Source of the DNA: Macrostomum hystrix
Taxonomy: Eukaryota > Animalia > Platyhelminthes
Direction: 5' to 3'
DNA length: 64,000 nucleotides
Assembly: GCA_950097015.1 (NCBI GenBank)
Contig: CATNEN010000002.1
Span: 7,440,001-7,504,000, forward strand
A program made the translations under genes and the position numbers. Under the pieces are notes generated by a model. The model saw only the letters and a list, made by a program, of their open reading frames with translations. It had not been told where the DNA came from and did not search any database. Positions 15,301 to 27,300 of the stretch are shown here, one piece after another (position 1 is the first letter of the stretch; each line of letters begins with the position of its first letter).

Positions 15301-18300
15301 TTTGGATTCGAGATTATCTCTAAGGCTAAAATCGGAACAATTAGCAATAAAAAAGTGTGATCCAGCCACAAGCAATTCGACCATGTTGGAGTAAAAGGCA
15401 GATTTAAAGCTATTTAGATAAGCACAGGTAGGTAATTACAAAGTTGTAGTTTGCGATTGCTTTTCAGTGCAAGAAAATCGTTTCATTTCTGATCCGGCCA
15501 GCAAATTTAAAAGCAGAAAATTTCACATGATGCATTTTAATACGTATGAGAACGTTTTGGTACGAAGTTCTTATAAAATACAGTTTTAATCAGCCCTAGT
15601 TTGAATTTGAAAATTTCCTGAGGATTCCTGGGAATCTGGAAACAGCACTGGGTATAATGAATATATTAACTGATTACTGGGGAACTCGGTATAAAAAACT
15701 CTCAGGATCAAAGTTTTCAGCTAATTTGGAATCCTAGGGATTACCGACCAGAATCCTAGGGATTACCGATCAGAATCCTAGGGATTACCGATCAGAATCC
15801 TAGGGATTACCGATCAGAATCCTAGGGATTACCGATCAGAATCCTAGGGATTACCGACCAGAATCCTAGGCATCACCGATCAGAATCCTAGGGATTACCG
15901 ATCAGAATCCAAGGCATTACCGATCAGAATCCTAGGGATTACCTATCATAATCTTAGGGATTACCGATCAGAATCCTAGGGATTACCGATCAGAATCCTA
16001 GGGATTACCGATCAGAATCCAAGGCATTACCGATCAGAATCCTAGGCATTACCGATCAGAATCCTAGGCATTACCGATCAGAATCCAAGGCATTACCGAT
16101 CAGAATCCTAGGCATTACCGATCAGAATCCTAGGCATTACCGATCAGAATCCAAGGCATTACCGATCAGAATCCTAGGGATTACCGATCAGAATCCAAGG
16201 CATTGCCGATCAGAATCCAAGGCATTACTGATCAGAATCCTAGGCATTACCGATCAGAATCCTAGGCATTACCGATCAGAATCCAAGGCATTACCGATCA
16301 GAATCCTAGGCATTACCGATCAGAATCCTAAAGATTACCGATCAGAATCCTAATAATTACCGATTAGAATCCTAATGATTACCGATCAGAATCCTAGGGA
16401 TTACCGATCAGAATACTAGGCATTACCGATCAGAATCCTAGGGATTACCGATCAGAATCCTAAAGATTACCGATCAGAATCCTAGAGATTACCGATTAGA
16501 ATACTAATGATTACCGATCAGAATCCTAGGGATTACCAATCAGAATACTAGGCATTACCGATCAGAATCCTAGGGATTACCGATCAGAATACTAGGCATT
16601 ACCGATCAGAATCCTAGGGATTACCGATCAGAATCCTAAAGATTACCGATCAGAATCCTAGAGATTACCGATCAGAATCCTAATGATTACCGATCAGAAT
16701 CCTAGGGATTACCGATCAGAATACTAGGCATTACCGATCAGAATCCTAGGGATTACCGATCAGAATCCTAAAGATTACCGATCAGAATCCTAGAGATTAC
16801 CGATCAGAATCCTAATGATTACCGATTAGAATCCTAGAGATTACCGACCCGAATCCCGTGGATTACCGACCAGAATCCTAATGATTACCGATTAGAATCC
16901 TAGAGATTACCGACCCGAATCCCGTGGATTACCGACGCGAATCCCGTGGATTACCGATCAGAATCCCTGGGGATTACACGGACGAGAATCGTAGGAGGAT
17001 CTGGGATATGCAGAAATCTCACCTCCGGGCACGAGGCCGCTACTGTCGAGCTGCACAGCAATGCCGAAGCCGCCAAGTTTGACTGGTGCCGAGTTCTCTT
17101 TGGAGTGGAGCAGAACGCAGTGCGGCTTCAGGTCCCTGTGGATGATGTTGTTCTCGTGACAGTAGCGCACCGCCTCCAGAATCTGGCGCATGTAGTGCCT
17201 GTAAAAAAACAAAGAAATATATTTTACGCTACTTACTACTGATTAGCAACCTTGCCAGTAGTATTACAGTGGCAAAAACTAGGAGATGCACCGACATAAA
17301 CAAAACTATTAAAAACTCACGTGGCGACACTTTCACTGAAGACAAAACCGGCTGTGGCGCGCTTGACAATTTCAAAGCAGAGATCAGCGCCGTCCATGCT
17401 GGATGGGATAATTAACAGTGGGGAGAATTTCGGGATTTTAATTTAGAATCAAACAGATTATAGTCTTACAAAGGATCGCTAAGCCTACATAAAGTAAAGT
17501 AAAAGTATGCTTATCCACAAGTTAAAAAACCGAAGATAGAAATCCCAAAATAACTGGGAAAGAAGGCAGAGCTAATCCACTGATAAAGGTATCCACAAAT
17601 GGTTTTTATAGTATTAGTAGATAGAAAGGCCTACATATGGGGTTCCTTAGATTTAGAAGACTAACGATATAAATCTTGGAATGGAGCGAAGTCTAAAAAA
17701 CCGGTTCGAAAAAGTCTAAATTTGGAAAATCCCGGAACTAAATAATATCATGATTATTAAAAACTTAAAATGAGAATAAAATGAGATAAAGATACTGAAT
17801 TTAACAACTGATTATCTGAACGATTAACAATTACATGTTTCTGTCGCTGTTGTCATGTGCTGTCACTCACTCAAAAATGCAAATATATATCGGGAATTGC
17901 TTTTTATACAGTGACATCACCAAGAAGGATTAATTCGACAAGCCACAGACAAAGGCAGACGATGAGACTTCAAAAAAAACAAGAAGCCAAACAATGTCTG
18001 CCCATGATCTACGTCTCAACAACTATCACAATGCGCATTTTCGGGCGCTCATTGTGGGCTCGGAGAGACGACAAAAGTGCATCTAAATAAATGATGACTA
18101 TGTTCAAATCTTAGGTCTGGGATTTAGGATTTCGTGAGCTTGGCTCGACTGTCTTTATTAATCTCCGATAAATTTAGAATCGCGTAGGATAATTATCTTG
18201 GGATAAAGAATGACGGGTGTAAAATATAAATCTATCTAAGAAAACTATATAAAATGGCAGCTATAGCGCCGCACTTCCATAGTCTGTGGACATCTGTTCA

Positions 18301-21300
18301 GTCTATGGACTGGAAAACCGGAACAGCTAATGCTGGTGTGACCATCTCAAACTAGGGAATTTAAGTGTCTTTACTTAAATTGGGGGCTTGTCGTGCAGTT
18401 TACGCCCTTGAGGGCCAACCTCCAAGGGACAGTAAAAATGTACACTGCCTGACGATGAGAAGGTCAGGCCAGATGTACACACCTGTGTGAGAGTGTGCCT
18501 GCGTACGACATCTGTTTGCGTGTGTTCAGGAGTCAGCGAAATGGGCAGAATTGTCTCCTCGCTGGCTGCGGGTCTGGTGTCACCAAATGATGTGCCATTG
18601 CCCGCAGCCCTGCAATTATTATTTTATTATTAAGTGTCTTAGTCCAAGACATTAACTATTTACCTATGACTAAAATTCGAACTCCCGACCTCATAGTCAA
18701 AAATCCAAAGCTTTAACCACTGGGCTAAAAGCTCCCTACACGAAAACTATCTAAACTACCAAAATTCGAAGAAAAAAATCTGTATATAAGCCAGGATTAA
18801 GAATTCAGACATACGCAGCATTATAAGACAACTGAACATGAATTACATTAAATAATGTAATTATTTTAAATTTAACAAGTAAAAATGTTTCACAACAGAG
18901 GAAACTAAGCTTAAAGAAACACGGGATAAAATGTTGTAAATTCTAAATTATCATTGTGCATCATTACGAATAAAATGTGTCTGTTATTATTGTCCAGTGT
19001 TGTCATTCAATTTAAATGCAAATTAATAAGGACTTGCTTTTATGTTATGACACCACCAAAAAAGATTGATTGACAACCAACAGACCTGGGGCAAACTATC
19101 AGGCCTTCAAAAGAAAACAAGAAGCTTAACAATGTCTGCCCCTGGTCTGATCTACGTCTCAACAACTATCACAATGCTCATTTTAGGCGCTCATTGTGGG
19201 CTCGGAGAGACGCAAAAGTGCGTAGGAAAATAGATCAGAAATAATCTAGATTGTCAGAGATTGACGATTCGGTAAGTAAACCCAAGACTGGCGAGGCTGA
19301 TAATTTGTCTAAATTACCGGCCATTCGTTATTATAAAAAATCCGAAATGAGAGCTAGCAGTTCGTCAGCTGCAGCGCACGCACCGCTCTAGAACGAGTAC
19401 CGGCAAGCGTTTGGCGGAGGGGATATTTTCATTCCCACAACTCGCTTTCCACCCTTAATTTCCCTCATCCCGAGCTGTCGGGGTCGACGGCCAGTTTCCA
19501 TCCCGCGTCGAGCCCTCACACCTCCTCTCCAGGGACCACTCAGGGCTGGAACATGGAGGAAACTGAAGGGCAGCGTCGGGGTGAGTCCAACCCCACCGCT
19601 GCTGCTGCCGTTGCTGACGCCCTTCTTCCAAGAAGTACTGGCGCCCTGAGAGGCGCGAGAAAGAGAGATGGAGCAAGGAGAGATTAGTGGAGAACGGACG
19701 GGAGAAGATAATCCGATATATGACGACCGCTGCTGCTTCATTTCACAGACTCTTACTATCGTGCCCGACACACACCCACACACACGACTGTGCATGCAAA
19801 CTTTTGCTCCGATCCGGGGTGTACAATACAAGCAGACCTTGCCTGCGCGCTGGCACCATAGGCTCGCTAAGCCACCAATGCTGAATGCAGATGTTGTACT
19901 GATGTAAAGAATCGGAGATTTTCGCTGCATGAAAACTGACATGCTGCTACTGTTTTGTTAATGCAGGCCTTACAAACAAGCGCCGAGTAGAGAGACACTT
20001 ACAGAGACTCAATAGACAAGAGAATATCGAAGCGTGTAAAGAAGGCTTGTGAACTAGGATTTCATTTTTATGCCGTTGTCCAAGATCCACTCCGTTCTGC
20101 GTCTTTTGCTTCGGGGCAATCGCCGATCGAAAAAAAATCCATGGCATTCTTATTATCCTAATACATCCACTTTCCTTGTTGCTGTGGATATGCAGCAATT
20201 TATGTGGCCTATTTTACATCTGGCAACTTGTGACAACCAAATAACTGTAGAAGTGCTGTCGCATGCGTTTTAGTCACATGAAGTTTCCATTTAGATTTCA
20301 AGATCCGGAATTCCACGAATGAGTTGAATTAAATACAGTATCAGAAGGCCAAGATTTCTCACCGACATCCGTGAATTCTCGTCAATAAATTCATTGCAAT
20401 GGATGGCGTAGACTAGACGATCTGATTAGTTTTGCATGACTGCTTCGACATTGCTTCTTTAAATAATATAGTGATTTTGAACATTGTCTGTTTAATTTTA
20501 ACTGCCGACAATTGTCTGCTGCTTAAATTTTTATATGTTAAGCTGCGCAAAAATTGAAACAGAAACAGCTCGAAGTGAAAGGTGCGGAACGCTGGGATAC
20601 AGTGTCGCTATGATATAATATAAATTCTCTAAGCATCTCCAAGCATCCAATTATGCGTGAGCCAATCACAATCAAGCGATTTTAATTCATCCTAGTTTTT
20701 TTATTCTCACTACATGCACAATACAGTCTACTGAAAGTAGAATTGAGAAGCCGTGATTCTATTGATTTCATTCTATTGAGATCATTTTGGGTGGTCTCTA
20801 ACACCCACCAGAGCATTATGGCTGGTCTCTAACACTCCCAGAGCATTATGGCTGGTCTCTAACACTCCCAGAGCATTATGGCTGGTCTCTAACACTCCCA
20901 GAGCATTATGGCTGGTCTCTAACACCCACCAGAGCATTATGGCTGGTCACTAACACCCACCAGAGCATAATGGCTGGTCTCTAACACCTCCCAGAGCATT
21001 ATGGCTGGTCTCTAACACTCCCAGAGCATTATGGCTGGTCTCTAACACCCCCAAAACATTCTGGGCAGTCTTTATCCCCCAAGCTCTTATGCACATCACA
21101 AACAAAGTTAAGCATAGTAAATTTCCAACAAAACATTTTAAAATAGTTTTATAGAAAACCCACGACGATGCTTCAGCCAACGCGTAAGGAGTGAAAGTAG
21201 AACCAATCAATACAAGAAGCCGATTGAATAATTACTATCGATCAAGCGACTCGGCGAATCGAAAATCGCACACGACTGGCAAATCGAAATAGAAAACAGT

Positions 21301-24300
21301 AAAACAAAAAAGCTGAATAAAATCTAAAAAACCACGCTCACACCAGCACAACAGCCTGGATATCGATTGAGCTAAACTAAACTAAGTAGATGTGTATATA
21401 CAAGGGATCGGAACAGGACAGGCTAGACAGATAGTTGATGGCCAAGGCACTGAGAAATATGCTGCATGAAGCATCGCAAGATATTCACTAAATGATATTG
21501 GATTATTTGCCTACTCCATCTCACGGATCCACTCCAAGGGATTAGGAGCCGAGACGGAATCGAGGGGGGAGCAAAAGTAGAGAGTGGCAAACGAGAGGTT
21601 TTGGCTTCGAAAAGGAAAGTTCTGATAAGCTTTAGCGAGTAGGGTGGAAGGGAAGAAGAGATAAGAACGTCTGGCACCGATAGGAGTTCACAAGAGACAC
21701 CTTAGAGCAAAATCGTGCTCACAGCATAAGCGATAAAGCAGACTTTGCCTTCACTCACTCTCTCCCAGCCAGGTCTCCCAGAACCCTGCCCTGATCCCAT
21801 TCGGGCCAGCTCTTGTCGCACGGGAGCTGCGGCCCGTGTTTTATTCAGCTGAACTAATCTTCATCTGTCGGTAGACACTCAGCCGCATATGTATGTATAT
21901 AGGGAGTTTTCCTGTCCCAATTCTCAGATCCACACACAAGAAGGGGCGAATAGAATAGTCAGGGAGAGAGAAAAGCAAAAATTCTGGCAGGAATTTGGAA
22001 GCGACCGAAGCGTACTCAGTCAGCCTCAACTGGGGAAGAGAATGAAGTGAAACAGTTGAGTTTGGGGGAGGGGTGGAAATTAGCGATAGAGACACCAGGG
22101 CGAGTAGGACGACATGCTAAAATCGGAAGAAAGCAAAAGTGGGATCTGGTGGGCAAATTACTTTTTTCCTAGATTTGGCTCAAGGTGTCTAGCAAACAGC
22201 AGGGATAGTCAGAGAGCCAGTTAGTGAGGCTTTGAATTGGAATCCCACGATGCTGAAACTGGCTAAGGCTCGGGGCCACACAGCCTCAGCGACAGGGAAA
22301 GATCACGGGAATTTCGTTAAAAATGGGTCAGGTGGAGAATTCAGGCAGATTCCATGCACACTTCTGATCCCTGTCAGGTGAATTAGCATTTTGGCTGGAT
22401 TATTCAGTTCTGATTCATTCTTCCCGTGTCCACAATTTTTCGTGTTGATCCTTTCATGCTTCTGCACAGCCAATGACAGCTTGACAGATAGACCAATGTG
22501 ACAGACAGGCGGGGCCAGATCTGTAGAGCTGCCGCAGATATAATATTACTTGTAGTTCATACTTTAACTATATGAGCTGAGCACACTAATATAAGCCGCT
22601 GATATATTCAATCGAGGCCACTCGTGTACTCTAAAAGACAGTTTTGAGGAATAATAAGACTGAGAATTGTCCCATTTAAATGCACTTGTATTGTCAGCAT
22701 GGATAAGCAAGGAGCAGCTGCTTTGTGGCTTTGGAACAACAGGCAAAGGGCTGGAGTAGGGCACTGTCCCAATGACGCCAACAGACATTAACTCCAGCAG
22801 ACTTTGGAGTAACGAGAAACAAATAAAAACTTTCACGCTAAACCAATGCGCATAATAGACTGGAATTCGCTTATTTTTTATTGAAGACTTTCTTTGACTT
22901 TAGCAGCCAGCAAAGCAGTAAATGCTTGGCTGTTTATTGCGATTCTTAAAAACTAGCAATAAAACAAATTTTAGAATGCAAAAAGCTAACTATATATAAA
23001 CAAAATTGTTGCCATAAGCTACAGTTGTTTACTAGACACTTTGAATGATATTATAAAGTTCTGAAGAACCTTTTACACTGACTTATTGTTTTGATTATCT
23101 TACTAGCTCAGCAAGCCCTGTAGATTGTACATTATCAGGCGTAAACTTTTCAGCCATCAACCTCACGCCTGCGGCGCAACCAACCAATCCCCGCCACACG
23201 GGAATGTACATTGCCCCAAAACTTTCTATCAGACACAAATCTTCCAACCATCAACCTCACGCCTCGGCGGAACCAACCAATCCCCGCCACACGGGAATGT
23301 ACATTGCCCCAAAACTTTCTATCAGACACAAATCTTCCAACCATCAACCTCACGCCTCGGCGCAACCAACCAATCCCCGCCACACGGGAATGTACATTGC
23401 CCCAAAACTTTCTATCAGACACAAATCTTCCAACCATCAACCTCACGCCTCGGCGCAACCAACCAGTCCCCGCCGCACGGGAATGTACATTGCCCCAAAA
23501 CTTTCTATCAGACACAAATCTTCCAACCATCAACCTCACGCCTCGGCGCAACCAACCAGTCCCCGCCGCACGGGAATGTACATTGCCCCACGACGCTATC
23601 AAATCTTCCAGCCACCAACCACTCTCCTCTTGGTGCAACTCATCATCACCACTCAGAGATGTACGAGTGCTTCGTGAATTTCAGATCTTTCGACCAAAAA
23701 CATACATTATAAAGAACCTAGAAACCTAAATAGTACTGGCACATCGCAAAGCAAGTTAAACTTCAATGCCAGAGAAATAATAAATGGAACTGTCGCTCAG
23801 TATTGCACACTCGAGTAAATAATAAAGATCTAAAGAAATTTTTTTATTAAACAAAACCAATTTTTGTCATTTTGAAACTTTTCAAATGTACTAATTGAAG
23901 AGAACCAAACCTAATTTCACCGTTTACAGCTTCAGAAAACTTCAGCTATTTAAAACCATAAACGTGGATTAAAAATAACTTGGTACGCATAGAGCCAGAC
24001 ACTGGCTTCGAGCGATGAAAAGAAATAGAAACAGGATAAAGTCGAATTCGGGGTGGAGAGGGGGCGGAAACACGACGTCAAGACACGGCAGGCACCCAGA
24101 TGGACAGACGGCGGGGTACAACACGGCTTTCTCGGCCAAGCTATCAGACGGTTCAGACCGAGAATGGGGAAGCCAAATAAAGGACAGCACCAGCTGCTTC
24201 CAGGAAGGCCTTCTATTCCTTATTTCTTCCATTGCACTGTATTTCTCTTCCTCTCTCTCCCTCTTTGCAAAAGAAGACCGGATGGCAATACATCATCAAG

Positions 24301-27300
24301 CTTTCTGTGATTTGGTTCCAGGACAAGTAAAAACGCAAGTCCAAGGGCAAAGTATTAGAGGGAATAAGCAAAAGGAGAATTAGAGATATGAGCTAAAGTA
24401 AAGTAGCACCACATCAGTGCTGCAGATTGAAATACTTCACTGCGACAGTATGAAGAGGTCAGGTCGGGAAGCAGCAGGGATTCCGCTACTGACAGATAAT
24501 CCACTGATGGGGCGATCGCCCAAGAGAACAACCCCACGAAGCAAAATTGGGAATATGACAGTAACCTCAGGGAAATTTCCTGGGGGACAGTAAAATAGGG
24601 GATGTTTTGAGTAATAGTAAACCTCGGGCAGGGACTACTGAATAAAGGAGTATTTAGTTCCTGACCTCGGGTATAATAAACCTGAGGGATAAGAAACCTG
24701 AGGGATGATAAACCTGACGGATAAGAAACCCGAGGGATAATAAAGCTGACGGATAAGAAACCCGAGGGATAATAAACCTGAGGGAAAATAAACCTGAGGG
24801 ATAATAAACCTGAGGGAAAATAAACCTGAGGGATAATAAACCTGGTGGATAATAAACCTGAGGGATAATAAACCTGAGGGATAATAAACCTGAGGGATAA
24901 TAAACCTGAGGGAAAATAAACCTGAGGGATAATAAACCTGAGGGAAAATATACCTGGGGGATAATAAACCTGAGGGAAAAAAAACCTGAGGGATAATAAA
25001 TCTGAGGGATAATAAACCTGAGGGATAATAAACCTGAGGGATAATAAACCTGAGGGATGATAAACCTGAGGGATAATAAACCTGGGGGATAATAAACCTG
25101 AGGGAAAATAAACCTGGGGGATAATAAACCTGGGGGATAATAAACCTGAGGGATGATTAACCTGAGGGATAATAAACCTGAGGGAAAATAAACCTGAGGG
25201 ATAATAAACCTGGTGGATAATAAACCTGAGGGATAATAAACCTGAGGGATAATAAACCTGAGGGATAATAAACCTGAGGGAAAATAAACCTGAGGGATAA
25301 TAAACCTGAGGGAAAATATACCTGGGGGATAATAAACCTGAGGGAAAAAAAACCTGAGGGATAATAAATCTGAGGGATAATAAACCTGAGGGATAATAAA
25401 CCTGAGGGATAATAAACCTGAGGGATGATAAACCTGAGGGATAATAAACCTGGGGGATAATAAACCTGAGGGAAAATAAACCTGGGGGATAATAAACCTG
25501 GGGGATAATAAACCTGAGGGATGATTAACCTGAGGGATAATAAACCTGGAGGATAATAAAATTGAGGGATAATAACCATGAGGGAAAATAAACCTGGAGG
25601 ATAATAAACCTGAGGGATAATAAACCTGAGGGATGATAAACCTGAGGGATGATAAACCTGAGGGTAACCCTAACCAGAGACTGTTACCCGATAATGAACC
25701 CGAGGAAGAGTAAATCAAAAAAACAAAAGGAATAATTCTGAGGTTCAGTGACCTGAGATACAACCTGAGGTTCAGTAACCTGAGATACAACCTGAGGTTC
25801 AGTAACCTGAGATACAACCTGAGGTTCAGTGACCTGAGATACAACCTGAGGTTCAGTAACCTGAGATACAACCTGAGGTTCAGTAACCTGAGATACAACC
25901 TGAGGTTCAGTAACCTGAGATACAACCTGAGGTTCAGTAACCTGAGATTCAACCTGAGGTTCAGTAACCTGAGATTCAACCTGAGGTTCAGTAACCTGAG
26001 GAACAATTCAAAGGTTACAGAAAATGCCAGAAGCTAATTAAAACCAGAATTTTCCCTGCTTGGTTTAATTTTAAGGGATTTAAGGAAAAAGAAATTTCGA
26101 CAGTCAACGGAAACCGAATTCACTTGTTTATACATTTTAATTAATAAGGTTAGACTGTTTTTATAAGAAAAAAGTTATGAAAATTTTTCACTACGCGTAA
26201 TTATGCGCACAATCTGTTTTCCACCTATTTTTGCTGAACAGGTAGCGGGCGGGGCAGAGACGGACATATAGGTGGCAGAAAATACGGCCTAATTTAGACA
26301 GGCAGGAAGGAGAACAGGAAAGGGTTGGCGATTAATTTGGTCCGATTTCTATCAAGCACAAAAACACTTTCCACTAAAACAGAAATCTACAAAACACGCA
26401 AAGTAGAAGAGAATGAAAGTCTAAAGACAGTGGGGGAGTAGATCTTATTCCTAGGATTGGGGATCTATATCTAGAAATTGAGGATCTAAATAACAAAATA
26501 GGATGATCAGAATCTAAAGATTGGTTATCTAAATACCAGGATTGAGGATATAAATCACAACATGAGGATCCGAATTGACTGATTAAGGACTTAAATCTTG
26601 GAGTTAATAGGGCCTAATACTGACATCTGAGAAATTGACTGTGCTATTTTGAGAACGGAAATAATACGACTAAGGATGTCAAGCTTAGAGTTTGAGAGGT
26701 TTGTGTTGTCCAGATTGGATTAGAATCCTAAGTGGACGATATAAATCGCTTTGACCACTAGTTTTAGATGCCGTAAAATTCCATTTACAATAAGAGACTT
26801 TAAAAGTACAAAGACACGTACTATTCGAACACCATGTATAGCATGCCGCCCATGCTGTAGGTCTCCAATAGCTCCACAATGTGATTGTGCTTCAGCAGGT
26901 GACAAATGGTTGCCTCGCGTTTCAGATCTACAGAATTGTAACAGAGCAATATTAACAGCTTATCAGCATTTTGGCCTTCTTATAAAAATATTCATCAAGT
27001 TAAAATACACACCTGCTGTAGATAGTCCTGGACTAGATGCAAATTTTGTTACATCCACAGTTTTCACAGCAAATAATTTCTGTGTCTGCTTGTGGACACA
27101 TTTTCGCACAATACTGAATGGGCCTCTAAAATGTTGTTTAGTGAAATGATTACACTTATGATAAAATTAAGCTGGTGCAGTTGATTCATTATTTCTATTA
27201 TTTCTATTATGGCTGTAAAAAACATGTGGATAGCATTTTTGCATTACTTTGTACAAATTGAATTGACTTATAAAAACTAGCCTGCATATTGAGTGATCAA

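Larger units (their letters stand above)
19400..24640 (-). mobile_element. Scattered, highly decayed L2/CR1-like LINE fragments in CASK intron 3
   Basis: Faint motifs on the minus strand: FYCPPG and VVLLGD (about 24600-24510; APE-like YRPP and GDFN), QGRVLG (about 21790; QGSVLG-like), [10 protein letters not shown] (about 19650). Many stops and frameshifts. Confidence 0.3.

Noticed and set aside
708-26006. Long repetitive ORFs (e.g. 1224-1871, 8691-9392, 13553-14395, 23125-23712, 24654-26006)
   Set aside because: They are stop-free frames of intronic minisatellites inside CASK introns, not genes.
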